From assembly GCA_964016885.1 (NCBI GenBank), contig OZ024751.1, positions 32,612,001-32,676,000 of the forward strand: a stretch of 64,000 bases of DNA, in the 5' to 3' direction. Within the stretch, counting starts at the first letter, position 1, and every line of letters begins with the position of its first letter. The notes beneath the pieces are model-generated. The model ran no database searches, had not been told where the DNA came from, and saw only the letters and a list, made by a program, of their open reading frames with translations. The position numbers were made by a program, and so were the translations under genes. The stretch is from Eledone cirrhosa. Lineage: Eukaryota. Positions 44,604-57,626 of this stretch are shown here, piece by piece.

Positions 44604-47600
44604 TTACAGACACATACTCAGAGAAGGCCCATTCATTCGGGCCATACTTGCTTCTCTCACCCATCTTTCAACAAAATGCTGGGAAGAGAGCACTTCCCTC
44701 TCTACCCTGATTTTCCTATTCAAATGAAATTTGAAAAAGTTAATCAGGGCATCACCGAAGAGGTAAGTGCTCGTCTTCAGCCCTTTCAAACGTGTCCACC
44801 ATACTATCTCTTTCGCCATGGCCACCAGACAGATAAAAACTGCCTGCCCTTCCCGGCTAAAGGAAGGGGGCGGGGCAATCCTCACGATGGACTCAGCTGA
44901 TAGCTGGATCCGTCCTACACGTGACAGCAGGTGTTCGACATAAACCCACAAGTCAGCAATGCTCGGACACTGGACGAGTGCGTGCAGGACGGTTTCGTCG
45001 CCCTGCTCGCATCTCGGACATGCCCGGCTGACGGCACCTCCATGCCTGTAGAGTTTATCCCGAACTGGCAAAGCTCCTCGGTAGCACTGCCAGGCCAGGG
45101 ATTTCTGGAAGTTGTCCATAGGCCCCGGCCCGAAAGTCCTTCCGAAGAGATTGGCTAGTTGATTTTCGTCGACGCCGAGAGTTTCTCCAAGTACGTCGTC
45201 GCTCTTCCCCTCCACTAATCCCCTATAGAACGCCAAGGTGGAGTTTCCACCGATCACATTGCCCGATTGGTCGAGGGCTGTGAGCGCCTGAAGACATTCC
45301 AGTCTCCAAGCGCTCCTTCTCGGTCTTCGCTTGACCCAGGACTGCAGCTCCGTCAAGGAGACGAGCCGGGGAAAAACGTGTCTAGCAAACGGCGACCACA
45401 CCTGATCACCGTCGAGGAAGAGGTGGAGATGTCGTAGCCTGAGCGCGTGTCTGTGCATCATCAGCCACGGCATGCCCAGCCCTCCACGTAGCGGGTGTTG
45501 ACAGCAGATGGACCGCCTGACCATCGGAGCGCGTCCCTTCCACAAGAAGCGAAAGAGCAAACGCTCCAGCGCAGTCAGGCGGGGCTTAGGACAAGGTACG
45601 ACGGTCATGCGGTAGTAGATGACGGACGCGATGTACGCGTTAGCCACCTCCGCTCGACCTTTCAGGGATAGCTTCCTCTCGGCCCATTTCTGGGTGAGAG
45701 AAGCCACCCTGCTCGTCACCTCGTCCCAGTTTTTGTCCGTCTGGAGGTCTGGACCGAACCAGACCCCTAGCAATTTAACCGGTCCGTCCGTCCAGCGCCC
45801 GACGACGCTGTTGGACGGCATGGACCTGCCTCTCCAGGTGCCGAGCTGCAGGCCCACTGACTTTTCCTGGTTGATCATTGCTCCTGTCACCGCTTCGTAT
45901 TCTCTTAGTGTAGTGCCGATCGCCTCGATGTGTTTGGCGTTCGACACCACTACGGTGACATCGTCGGCATATGCTGACACGGATCTTCCGCATCCTAGTT
46001 CGCGCGGGACCCCCCTCAACGTCTCCAGTTTGTGCAGTAATGGCTCGAGAGTCAATAAGTACAATAGGGACGAGAGGGGACATCCTTGGCGGACCGAGCG
46101 CATGATGTTGAACGGTTCCGAAAGGTGACCGTTCACTCTCACTACAGAGCAGATGTCGCTGTGCATGGCAGCGATCCAGCCTCTGAAGACGGGCCCAAAG
46201 CCAGCCGCCCTCAGGACTGCCGCTAGGTAACGATGGTCGACCCTATCGAAGGCTTTCGATTGATCTAAATTGATCAAAGACCCACCCTTGCCAGGTTCCC
46301 TAGCTACCCTCTCTACGATGTATCGCATGAGGTGGAGGTTGTCGTGGATGGATCTGTCGGGAATGGCGCATGTCTGTGCCTCTCCCACCAGACCACCAAC
46401 GACAAGCGCCAACCTCTTTGCTAGCACCTTGGCCAAAATCTTGAACTCTGTGTTTAGCAGAGTTATGGGCCTAAAATTATCTATGTTATCCCCCTTGTTC
46501 GGATCCTTTCTCAGCAGCGCCACCGCTCCTCGGCTCACGGAGCTGGGAATTCTCCCGTTCTGTTGCCAGTTGCAGTAGACGTCCGCCAAGAGGCCTCCGA
46601 ACAAGTTTGGCATTTGTACGTAAAGTTCATAGGGCAGACCATCCAAACCATGCGATTTACCCCTTGTGCAACTAGTCATTGCATCCCGTACTTCAGCGGT
46701 TGTTATCGGCTTTTCGCAACACTCCGCCTCAGTGGTCGAAAGCCGCGGCAGTCCGTCGAGGTAGACACTAAAGTCCATCCCTCGATCCGGCCCGCCACTG
46801 CCCCCGAACAGTTGAGCGAAGTGTCGCTGAAAAGCTTCACACATTTGCCCGGGATCGAGTAGCATGCGCCCGTCGTGGTCCACCAAAGACCGGATCGTGG
46901 CTTTGTTGCCACGACGCGCCTCCGCCACTCGGGCCCATTGAACGGCTTTCGTCCCCTCGTGTCTGAGAGCACGCACCCTAGCTCTGACAACGCAGCCTTC
47001 GTGCTTTGCATTGAAGAATTGGTCAAGGGCCAATTTCGCCGCAAGCACGTCGGTCGCGATGCCTTTGCTAAGCGCCTCATCTAATTTTCTAACTAGTTCT
47101 CCCTCTGCTCTATTTTTCTCTATTGCTAAAGTCTTACTAAACCTAATGGACTCTATTCTAATTGCTCTTTTCAGAGCAAACCACCACTTGTTGTTGACGA
47201 TGGCCCCCGTCAGCGCCCGCTTAACTAGTTCGCTAATCCGGTCTCTGTGGGCCTTGCGCGCTGGTAAGGACGCGTTTAGCTTCCAGTAGCCGGGTCCTCG
47301 TCTATGAAGCCTATCTAAGTCAAGCACACAGATCACGAATTTGTGGTCCGTATAGCTGACTATCTTGAATTGTGGACAGCCTATGCTAGACCTATCTATT
47401 TCCCTACAAAATACTCTATCTAGATATGATCTGGATGACCCTATGCGATTTGTCCAAGTCCACATTGGTACATTCGGGAAATCCATTCGGTACCTGTCAG
47501 ACAGTTCAAAACGTCTGAGCAGGTTGGTGAGACTCTTGCACCCTCCTTCCCTATCCACTAATCCCACACAATCCCAGCGTGCATCTAAGATCCCGTTCCA

Positions 47601-48023
47601 GTCGCCCACTAACACTAAAGAGCGGGACGTTCCAAGAAAGGTCTCCAGACGCCGGAAGAAATCAGGCCGCCCTGCTCCTGTCGTGGCATAGACGGCCACT
47701 AACCTGAAAGCTTGCCCGTCTCCGCTGGTCACGTCCAGCACCACCAACTTACCTTCTGGGTCCAGGAAGATGGCCCGTATGGCAAGATCCAAACCTCTCC
47801 GAAAAAGCACAGCAACTCCTCCCCCCAAACCCGGACGGCTGGGAGATGCGTACACATCGTAGCCGCCGAAGATCTGTGCGAAAGCCTGTGCTTCGGAGAT
47901 TCTGGTCTCGCTGATGGCCACTACATCTATGTTTAGTGACCTGAGGTCGTTGAGCAGGTGGCCCTGCTTCCATGACGACCCCAAGCCACGCGCATTTATC
48001 CTGCCTATTCTGAGTGAGGTCAT
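44604..48023 (-). CDS. LINE ORF2: APE endonuclease + reverse transcriptase + CCHC finger
   Basis: Uninterrupted 1139 aa: INARGL, ISET, GDWN, YLDR, TDH; NFRPITLLN, DQSKAFDRVDH, VRQGCPLS, AYADD; CPRC...ETVLHALVQC. Confidence 0.93.
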   Translation of the reverse strand: MTSLRIGRINARGLGSSWKQGHLLNDLRSLNIDVVAISETRISEAQAFAQIFGGYDVYASPSRPGLGGGVAVLFRRGLDLAIRAIFLDPEGKLVVLDVTSGDGQAFRLVAVYATTGAGRPDFFRRLETFLGTSRSLVLVGDWNGILDARWDCVGLVDREGGCKSLTNLLRRFELSDRYRMDFPNVPMWTWTNRIGSSRSYLDRVFCREIDRSSIGCPQFKIVSYTDHKFVICVLDLDRLHRRGPGYWKLNASLPARKAHRDRISELVKRALTGAIVNNKWWFALKRAIRIESIRFSKTLAIEKNRAEGELVRKLDEALSKGIATDVLAAKLALDQFFNAKHEGCVVRARVRALRHEGTKAVQWARVAEARRGNKATIRSLVDHDGRMLLDPGQMCEAFQRHFAQLFGGSGGPDRGMDFSVYLDGLPRLSTTEAECCEKPITTAEVRDAMTSCTRGKSHGLDGLPYELYVQMPNLFGGLLADVYCNWQQNGRIPSSVSRGAVALLRKDPNKGDNIDNFRPITLLNTEFKILAKVLAKRLALVVGGLVGEAQTCAIPDRSIHDNLHLMRYIVERVAREPGKGGSLINLDQSKAFDRVDHRYLAAVLRAAGFGPVFRGWIAAMHSDICSVVRVNGHLSEPFNIMRSVRQGCPLSSLLYLLTLEPLLHKLETLRGVPRELGCGRSVSAYADDVTVVVSNAKHIEAIGTTLREYEAVTGAMINQEKSVGLQLGTWRGRSMPSNSVVGRWTDGPVKLLGVWFGPDLQTDKNWDEVTSRVASLTQKWAERKLSLKGRAEVANAYIASVIYYRMTVVPCPKPRLTALERLLFRFLWKGRAPMVRRSICCQHPLRGGLGMPWLMMHRHALRLRHLHLFLDGDQVWSPFARHVFPRLVSLTELQSWVKRRPRRSAWRLECLQALTALDQSGNVIGGNSTLAFYRGLVEGKSDDVLGETLGVDENQLANLFGRTFGPGPMDNFQKSLAWQCYRGALPVRDKLYRHGGAVSRACPRCEQGDETVLHALVQCPSIADLWVYVEHLLSRVGRIQLSAESIVRIAPPPSFSREGQAVFICLVAMAKEIVWWTRLKGLKTSTYLFGDALINFFKFHLNRKIRVEREVLSSQHFVERWVREASMARMNGPSLSMCL

Positions 48024-48057
48024 GTTGAAAAGGAGTGGAAAAGATGGGAAGGACCAC

Positions 48058-49916
48058 TTACCTTACTTCTCGTAGGGGAAGGACGGTTTTTCCATCCTTT
48101 TCACTGCTTGTGGCCTCCTCAGGAAGGATGTCCTTATAAATCCTCCTGGAGAGTGCTTGTCGGAAGTCTCCGATGTCTTTGGGGAATTTTTGTTTTAGTG
48201 TCATGTGCGTTTTCTGTGTGATGCGAGTGACTTGTATGTGTGGAGGTGGTGTGAATTTTGGGGTTGTTGTGTAGTCTTTTTCTGTGATGCTGGTGTTGTG
48301 TTGGATGTAGTGTAATAATTGCTTGTTGTTCAAATTTAATGCTGTGTAGTGTGTATCGTTTTGGTTGTTTTGTTTTGTTTGCGTTTGTTGTGGGTTTGTT
48401 TCTGTTTCGCATTTTGGTGACTTTTGTGGTGTAGGTGATGGTGGTGCTGGGGTTAATGATGGTGATGGTGTTGGTGTTTGGGTTGATGGGGTTGGTGATG
48501 CTGGTGTGGATGGTGGCATATCTGTCCTAACTTTTTTGTTTCTTAATTTATTTGTTTCCCTCTGTATTTTGTTTTTGGAGGGGGAAGGAAGAGAATTTTT
48601 TCTTTTTTGGTTTCTTTTTTTTTTCCGGATATCGTTTCCCACTCCTCGTCGTCACAATCTGTCTCCAGTTGTGATAGGCCGGGGAGTGGAAAATCCTCCA
48701 CAGCCGTTAGTTTTGGTTGTGGTGTGGTGGATGGTGTAGGCGCTGGTGCTAGTTCTGAAGCGTTGGGTGGTGGTGGTGTTGGTTTTTCTGGTGGTGGTAG
48801 TGGTGTTGGTTTTGCTACTGTTGCTGGGGTTGTTGCTGTTATAGTTGCTTCTGTTGTTGCTGCTACAGTTGTTGCTGCCATCTCTGCTACTGGTGGTGTT
48901 GATAGTTGTGTCACTGGGGTGGGTAGGAGAGGTGGCCTCAACCTTTTAGCCTGAGGGCAGAAAGCCCTTAGGTGGGTTCCTTCACCACAAACGACACACC
49001 TAGGTCTTCTGCCCTCGACAATTACCGTGAGGTGGCTGCCGTCAGTGAGGTCTATTACCTCTGGGATCTCCTCAATGCTTTTTTGGTCCGCTTGGATCAG
49101 GAGCTCCATCCCAGATCCGGACCAGTTTTCCTGCTTTTCTTTTGCTATTGCTATTATTTTCGTGTTGGCTTCGATGCCGGCGAGGACAGCCGCTATTAGC
49201 CAGGGAATTTCGATGGCCGGTGGAACGTGGGTCACCCTGATCTTTACGAGTCTCTGGCCACAATAGCTTGGGACGAGTGTGAAGTCGTCACTTTTTAATG
49301 GGGCCATGGAGTGTTCTCTAGCCTCCTCTGGTGTTTCAAAGAACACATCCACGGTTCCATACTTTTGCCCACGTCTGATGTGGGTTTTTTTTGCCCACAC
49401 ATGTCCCAAAGCTTTTTGGATTTGGGACTCGGATGCCCGTTCCACTCGGCGCGATTTTACATTTATTGTTCTATACGACACGGTGCATAGGCGCTGATGC
49501 TCCATTTTATTAGGTGGGGGGGTGAGGCTGACCCTGTACCCATCTTTCTTTACCATTTGTTTGGCATTTTCTAAATCTTCCTGAGTTACCGTGAAAGCTT
49601 CGAATTGTTTTGCTACTCTGGCGAAACTGAGGGGGGGTTTTATAATGTTATTGTTGTTGTTGTTGCTATCGTTATTTGTGTTAATATTAATTTTAGTTTC
49701 AGTTGTGGTGGTGGTGACGTCAGTCGTCTTTGGTGCGGAAGAGTCCATTTTGCTTGATTTCATTTCGACATCACGAGTTAATTTATTTTTTTCTTCTTTT
49801 GTTTCTGTTGTCGCGGTGGTGGTGGGGGTGGTGGTTGTCGCGGTGGTGGTGGTGGTGGAGGCTTTAACACCTGCAGTCATTGGTAATGGCGGGAAATGAA
49901 TGTCTGCCTGAGACAA
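48058..49916 (-). CDS. LINE ORF1 (gag-like zinc knuckle) split by a -1 frameshift in an A10 run
   Basis: 457-aa ORF with CVVCGEGTHLRAFC (CX2CX4HX4C). An overlapping -1 frame ORF (48642-48058) continues to 34 nt before the ORF2 ATG. Confidence 0.8.
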
Positions 49917-50259
49917 ATTTAAAATATTGCTACTGCTTATATTTTTTTTGTGTTGGCAAACGTAGTAACATTTACAATGGTGGTGTCGGTGTGAGGTGTT
50001 ATTTTGTGAGGAAGGCTTTCAGCTGCTTCGTGCAGAGGCAAATTAGCCATTTTTTTCAAAGAAATTTTTGGATAATAATAAAAGTTAAAATTTTGGGCAC
50101 AAGGCCCCAATCTTTTTGGGTGTCCTTTTCGGAAAACAATGTATGTGTGCTTATAAACAGTTAACAATAAAATTTTCCATAAATGGCAATTTTTAACAAA
50201 CGGAAATAACAAACCTTTGCGGAGCTCACGATGATACGATTTACTACGTAGGTCGCCAA

Positions 50260-50291
<32 letters not shown>

Positions 50292-50299
50292 ATAATAAT

Positions 50300-50480
50300 T
50301 GTTTCTACTTTTGGCACAAGGCCAGCAATAACCCAGTGCATTACTGGTACTTAATTTTATCGACCCCGTAAGGATGAAAGGCAAAGTTAACCTCGGCGGG
50401 ATTTGAACTCAGAATGGCAAGGGCCGTAACTATGCGTCAAAGCATGGCGTCCGACCCTCTACCGATACTGCCAATCCACC
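50300..50480 (-). mobile_element. SINE whose (TTA)n tail borders the LINE 5' end
   Basis: Same SINE family sequence. Confidence 0.88.
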
Positions 50481-50591
50481 GTACGTATATATGTATGAAT
50501 GTATATACGTATGTATGTATGTATGTATGTATGTATGTATGTACGTATGTATGTATGTATGTACGTACGTATGTATGTACGTATGAATGTA

Positions 50592-51690
50592 TGAAGCTAA
50601 AGGTGTATCTTGGATACTGGATTTGTAAACTCCTCATCAATGGTCCGTAGATGTCCTCCTTCTCCTGTATTTCTCTGACAACGTTTACATCAAGTGGGCA
50701 GCTGATCTCCACAGCAGAACACGTCTTCAATGTGTGGTACAAACAACAATATCAGGCCGGTTGTGCTTTAATTTGGTGGCAGTTTTTATTTTCAGGTTCC
50801 ACCAGTATTCCTTAGTGCCATCTGTCTCAATATATTCTTCCTCGTTTGTTGTTAATTTTGTTTTCCGAAGTGCGTTCCAGATGGTTCTAGCTATCCCATT
50901 GTGTCTCATGGGGAGGTAGTAGCGAGATGACGTTCTTTCGCAGCTGGCAACAATGTGGCTTACATCCTCGATCTTTGTTTTACATAGCCTACATTTATTG
51001 TCAGCTGCTGGCCCTCCTCTTTTGTGCAGCAGATATTTGTTAGGGAGTTCTTGTTCCTGTATTACATAGAGATATACCTCAAGGTGTGATGTCATCAACT
51101 TGTCGGAACTCCATGCCAGGCTTTTTGAGTGGTTTATCCCATCTATGGTCTGTGTTTTACTTCTCAAGTATCCATGCACAACTTTTTCTGTAAATTGGTC
51201 AATTTTTTCATCTTGTTTGAACATTGAATAGGATCTTCCGATTTCTCTGGGTGAGAGATTTATATCAGGCTTTATTCCATATCTCTCCTCCAGATCAGTC
51301 GCTATTCTAATGATTTTTTTGTTAATGCTCATAAACCTGGGCAAGATGGTTGCCAATCTTTTTCCTCTGTTGAAGGTGTTGCTTCAGTGTTACTATCCGG
51401 GTCTTATATGTTGTTAATATTGATTTTAGACCCCGGCCACCTTCCTTGCGTGAGAAGTATAGCCTATCCACATCACCATTGATGTTAAAGTTCCCAGTAA
51501 CACTGAGAAGTTTGCGAGTTCTAACATCCATCTCACTTAGTTCTTGCAATGACCAGTTCAGCAGGCCAAATGTTGGCGTTAGAATTGGCACAGCATAAGT
51601 ATTGTGGGCAATGTATTTGTTGTACGCTGACAGTTCTCATGACCATATTTTCTTTACTCTTCTGAGGTATTCAGTTCTGGTTCTCTCCTT
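50592..51690 (-). pseudogene. R4/Dong-like non-LTR fragment (RT thumb, CCHC finger, RLE), frameshifted
   Basis: DVDRLYFSRKEGGRGLKS; CRLCKTKIEDVSHIVASC; RHN; HNRPDIVV; flanked by (TATG)n. Confidence 0.8.
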
Positions 51691-52299
51691 ATTTGTATGT
51701 ACGTATGTATGTACGTACGTATGTATGTATGTACGTACGTATGTATGTATGTACGTATGAAGGTATGTATGTATGTATGAATGTATGTATGTACGTATGT
51801 ATGTACGTATGTATGTATGTACGTATGTATGTATGAATGTATATACGTATGTATGTATGTACGTATGTATGTATGAATGTATATACGTATGTATGTACGT
51901 ACGTATGTATGTATGTACGTATGTATGTATGTATGTATGTATCTATGAATGTATATACGTATGTATGTATGTATTATGTACGTTTGTATGTATGTATGTA
52001 TGTATGTATGTATGTATGTATGAATGTATATACTTATGTATGTATGCACGTATGTATGTATGTACGTATGTATGTACTTAAAAAAGTATGGATGTATGTT
52101 TGTATCAATCAGCGTATGTATGTACGCATGCATGTATAAGTGTATATATGTTCATACATACTTATGAATGTATGTATTGCTTTAAATTGTAAACATACAT
52201 ATCACAAAATGACACATACAGCCATATATGTTTACACCTCATATATATATAACAATACACTAAATTTTTATCTCGCTTGCTTTTCCCACTTTCAATGTG

Positions 52300-52339
<40 letters not shown>

Positions 52340-52542
52340 GTGTGTGTGTATACACATGTGTTTGTTACATACTATATACATAACGTACATTAGTTTGATG
52401 GTGAAAATAATTACCCAAAACCTGTCAGTGTTTAAATTAACACATTTTTCATAAGCAATGAAATGTGGAGAAATGTGGTAGTGGATAACAATTAAGTTGG
52501 TACGTTTTAATGAAGGCAAACACACACACACACATACACATA

Positions 52543-52595
<53 letters not shown>

Positions 52596-52723
52596 ACATG
52601 CACACATACACACACACACAAGCTCATACATTTTCGCATAAACCTTTGACTGTGTGTATCATTATGTCAACCGGAAATCCAATACTATATCTTACACACG
52701 CACAAACACACATATATACTATA

Positions 52724-52806
<83 letters not shown>

Positions 52807-54793
52807 CCAGTAGTTCACCCGCACTCATATATATTTCCCAGTTGACGTATTATTTCGCAACCAAATATGGATTCTTCTAAGTTGACTGAAACATTATCCG
52901 GAAGGGGAAAGTGTAACATATGTCATTCTGTCAGCTAAACACAGTGTTTAACATTAAGCAGGTGAGTGCACACCACGAGACTATCAACACCTCTCATTCA
53001 ACGCCAAATATAATTGTCGGTGGAGATCCCTATAGCGTAGCCGAGAATCAAGCTACATATATTAATTTCTTAAATATCTTATGGTGAAACCTTGAGTGCG
53101 ATAAAATGCTAAATTTCTAAATTTTGGTACATAGCCAGTCATTTTGTGAAAGAAGAGAAAATCGACCTCAGTATTTGATTGGTACTTTATTTTATCGATC
53201 GCAGAAGAGACGTGTAAATAGACGAAACACGTACTGCAATGCATTTTGTCTGAAGTCCTAACAATTCTACAAATCCATCATCTTTTATAATGCGGAGACC
53301 TCTGGCAAATACGTAGCAGAATTATTGTTTACGTTGAATGTACAAAATATGATCTTCATTGCTTCTCCGCCCGTATAGTCTCTCTTTCTCACCTTCTCTC
53401 CTATATTTATTAGGGATTTATTGACGTTACATTTACAGACAGGCAACAGGAATCGGTTTAACTTGAGTAGCCTGGTCAACACTCAAAGATAAACGAAATT
53501 AATTGAGCGTTTCTGAGTAGCAATTGCAAAAAATTAATTCATTCTTTGATTTGTAAACAGAGAACAAATACATGAGAACCCCATACAAAAGACAAACATT
53601 TTCCTCAAAACTTTTGAGACCAATTTTTGAAACAGTTGAGGAAAAATGTTTCAAAAACGTTTCAGGAAAATTTTAAAGGAAAATTAAAGACAAACTTTGC
53701 GAAAGATTTTTGAGAAAATTTTAAATAATTTTTTAAATAATTTGGAGGAGCATTTTCGAAAACACTTTCAGGAAATCTTTTGAAAAATTGAAAAGTTTGG
53801 AAAAATTGAAAAGAATTTTGAGCAAATTTTTTTTAACAGATATTGAGAAAAGATTTAAAAACACTTTGATGAAAATTTTGGAAAATATTTTGAGGAATGT
53901 TTTAGAAAAGAAAATTAAAATTTTTGAAAAAGTTTATAAATTATTGAAGAACAATTTTCAAACGTTATTTAGAAAATAAAAATATATATTTTGTCAAAGG
54001 TAAAAAAAGAATTCCTAAAAATTATTTCTAAATTTTAAAATAAATTCTGAGGAAAAAATTTCTCGAAAATCTTTGAAAATAGTTCCTAAAAGACCTACAA
54101 TTTTCTCAAAGTATTTTAAACATTATTCCTCAAACTTCTAAACAACTTTTTTTTTAACTAAGAAGACTTTATGAAAATATTTCGAGGGAAAGTATTGAAA
54201 AATGAACTAGGGTTCTTATATATTTGATATATATTTATCCTTATCGAGCCTCGTGAAATAAATACGTTTGTTTATATGTTGTTATTGTGTATGCAAAAAT
54301 ATCTGTACACGAATATATAATTATATATATATATATTAAAATAACAGATTAAAGTTTAAGCAAAGAATCGCTGTTTTCACCCTTAACAGGATCTTCTGAA
54401 ACTAAAAAAAATCAATCTGTGAACGCAGAAGTAAATATTTCGAAAAACGTTACACACTATATATATATATATACACACACACTATATATACATATATACA
54501 CACACACACATATAGCGTCATAAAATCGTAATGCAGACAGCCAGTTGTACAGACAGATATTATAAAGGCGCAACGTCATATCTATGTATCTAAAGAAAGA
54601 CTAAGAATTATAGAGAGAGATCGCTAAATCGCCTAATACGGTCCCTAGGGCATTGAAAATTTGAGATTTATTTTGCTCAAAACACTCACACGACCATAAG
54701 TATTACATTGTAAAGTTTGAAAATAATCGATTGGGTGGTTCTCAAGTTTTAGGGAGTCAGACAGACAGACATTCCCTGTTTTAGATATATAGA

Positions 54794-56769
54794 CTAGCAG
54801 AAAACCACCCGGTGGGCGGTTTTCTGCTAGCAAATCTAGTGTATATACTGATATTGTTGAGATTTGGATGAGAAATCTTTTCGGCACCACATGTTCACCG
54901 TCTCTCGGTGTGTCTTTTATGCATGTATAAATATATATGCTATCTATACGGTGAAATCTTTGAAATAAATATATGTTAAAACGAAAAAGGAGAAAATAAA
55001 TAACTGGCGGTTAGAAAAAGATATTCCTATGAAATTTTAATCATACCATTAGGTGTGAATAAGGAAATATTTTTTTATTGTCAAAACAAATGTTCAAAAG
55101 TTAAACTTCAATTTTTTTAATTATTTCCAATTTTTTTATGAAATTGAACACTGGACATTGGCTGCTGGAAATGGAAATTAAATCGTATTTAATTGTATTT
55201 AAATTTCTAACCTTATTTTATTATTTATATTTTTTCAATAAGAAATAAAAAAATAAAAAAAATAAAAATTGAAGAAAAAAATTGAACAAATCAAACGTAG
55301 GTTATGGAACTGGGCAATCTGATTAATAAATTACCTCATCAGCAGCAACCTTCTTCAAATGGTCCTTATTATCAGCAGTAACAACCACAAATTCAATGGA
55401 AACCTTCTTCAAACCACAAATTCAATGGCAACCTTCTTCGCATGGTGTCAAGTCAGAACCGCCTCGAACTGGTTACTTCTGGCTTGTGCAAGATGTCTCT
55501 ATAGCAACCAGCGATTCCCTCGGCCTCAGTGACCAAAGTCAGTGGAGAGAGGAAGGTAATGTTTCTATAGCACGTGTTTTAGCGTCTATTCACTCTCTCT
55601 CTCTCCCTCTCTCCCTCCCGCTATCCCCCTCTCGTAGTCTGTCTCTTTCTTTCACTCTCACTCTCTCTCTACGCACGTGTTTCCACTGTCGAACAGACAG
55701 ACAGAGAAATTGCTGGTTATATATATAAGTAGACTAGCAGAAAACCACCCGGTGGGCGGTTTTCTGCTAGCAAATCTAGTGTATATACTGATATTGTTGA
55801 GATTTGGATGAGAAATGTTTTCGGCACCACATGTTCACCGTCTCTCGGTGTGTCTTCTATGCATGTATAAATATATATGTTATCTATACGGTGAAATCTT
55901 TGAAATAAATATATGTTAAAACGAAAAAGGAGAAAATAAATAACTGGCGGTTAGAAAAAGATATTCCTATGAAATGTTAATCATACCATTAGGTGTGAAT
56001 AAGGAAATATTTTTTTATTGTCAAAACAAATGTTCAAAAGTTAAACTTCAATTTTTTTAATTATTTCCAATTTTTTCATGAAATTGAACACTGGACATTG
56101 GCTGCTGGAAATGGAAATTAAATCGTATTTAATTGTATTTAAATTTCTAACCTTATTTTATTATTTATATTTTTTCAATAAGAAATTTAAAAAAACAACA
56201 AAAAAAATTGAACAAATCAAACGTAGGTTATGGAACTGCGCAATCTGATTAATAACTTACCTCATCAACAGCAACCTTCTTCAAATGGTCCTTATTATCA
56301 GCAGCAACAACCACAAATTCAAAGGCAACCTTCTTCAAATGGTCCTTATTATCAGCAGCAACAACCACAAATTCAATGGCAACCTTCTTCAAATGGTGTC
56401 AAGTCAGAACCGCCTCGAACTGGTTACTTCTGGCTTGTGCAAGGTGTCTCTATAGCAACCAGCGATTCCCTCGGCCTCAGTGACCAAAGTCAGTGGAGAG
56501 GGGAAGGTAATGTTTCTATAGCGACAGTGTTTCTTTTGGTAGTACCAAAGTGGAGAAAGGAAGGGGAAGGTAATATTTCTGTAGCACGTGTTTTAGCGTC
56601 TATTCACTCTCTCTTTCTCTCTCTCTATCTCTCTCTCTCTCTCTCCCTCTCTCCCTCCCGCTATCCCCCTCTCGCAGTCTGTCTCTTTCACTCTCACTCT
56701 CTCTCTACGCACGTGTTTCCACTGTCGAACAGACAGACAGAGAAATTGCTGGTTATATATATAAGTAGA
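54794..56769 (-). mobile_element. Two head-to-tail non-autonomous Helitron-like units (54794-55733, 55734-56769)
   Basis: On the minus strand each unit starts TC(TACTTATA) and ends with a hairpin + CTAG. Junctions read CTAG|TC, the outer junction reads A|TC, and there is (ACAG)n near the 5' end. Confidence 0.7.
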
Positions 56770-57193
56770 TAGACAAGAGAGCACGTGAATATTAGAGATG
56801 ACTAGCAAACACACAAAGATATACATGGATATATATATATGTGGGGGGGGGTGCGTATGTGTGTGTGTGCGTGTGTGTGTGTGCGCGTGTGTATACATAC
56901 ATATAATATAAAAATATACTCTATTTCTTGAGTACTTTTCTATCTAGTTTGTAAACATGCCTCTCACTAATTATATATAAGTATGTATGTATGTATATAT
57001 ATATATCGGCAGAATATTATGTTCAGTGTAGAAATTAGCTTTCAGTAGACCGCAGAGGTTTTTTGCAATTAATAGTTTTGTAGTCTTGCAACCTGCAAAA
57101 CCTTTGGGTGATTCATTACTCCAAGATATGAATTACATTTTTCTTTTTCAAATACAGTTTTAATGATTTCAATATTTGAAGTTAAACGTGCAT

Positions 57194-57250
<57 letters not shown>

Positions 57251-57284
57251 TCTCTCTCTCTCTCTTTCTTTCTCTCTCCCCCTC

Positions 57285-57328
<44 letters not shown>

Positions 57329-57434
57329 TACAGGTCCTCTAATAAATGATTAACTTTATCCCTGTTGTGAATCCTCAACCAGGATCAAAATAGTCAATCT
57401 CTTTGAGAAAATATATTATCAATTCTTTCTATAC

Positions 57435-57503
<69 letters not shown>

Positions 57504-57586
57504 TATCAATCTATCTATCTATCTCTCTTTCTATCTATCCATCTATCTGTCTATCTATCTATCTATTTCTCACACACACTCTGTCC

Positions 57587-57626
<40 letters not shown>

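Larger units (their letters stand above)
44359..50257 (-). mobile_element. Near full-length L1/Tx1-type LINE (~5.9 kb) in an (AAT)n tract
   Basis: 5' UTR, ORF1, ORF2 and 3' UTR with AATAAA; (AAT)n on both sides. Confidence 0.9.

Noticed and set aside
44931-49899. Plus-strand ORFs overlapping the LINE
   Set aside because: Antisense shadows of the LINE ORFs.
53580-54200. A/T-tract-rich region with a K/I/L/F-rich ORF
   Set aside because: Degenerate low-complexity repeat; no defined unit or coding signal.
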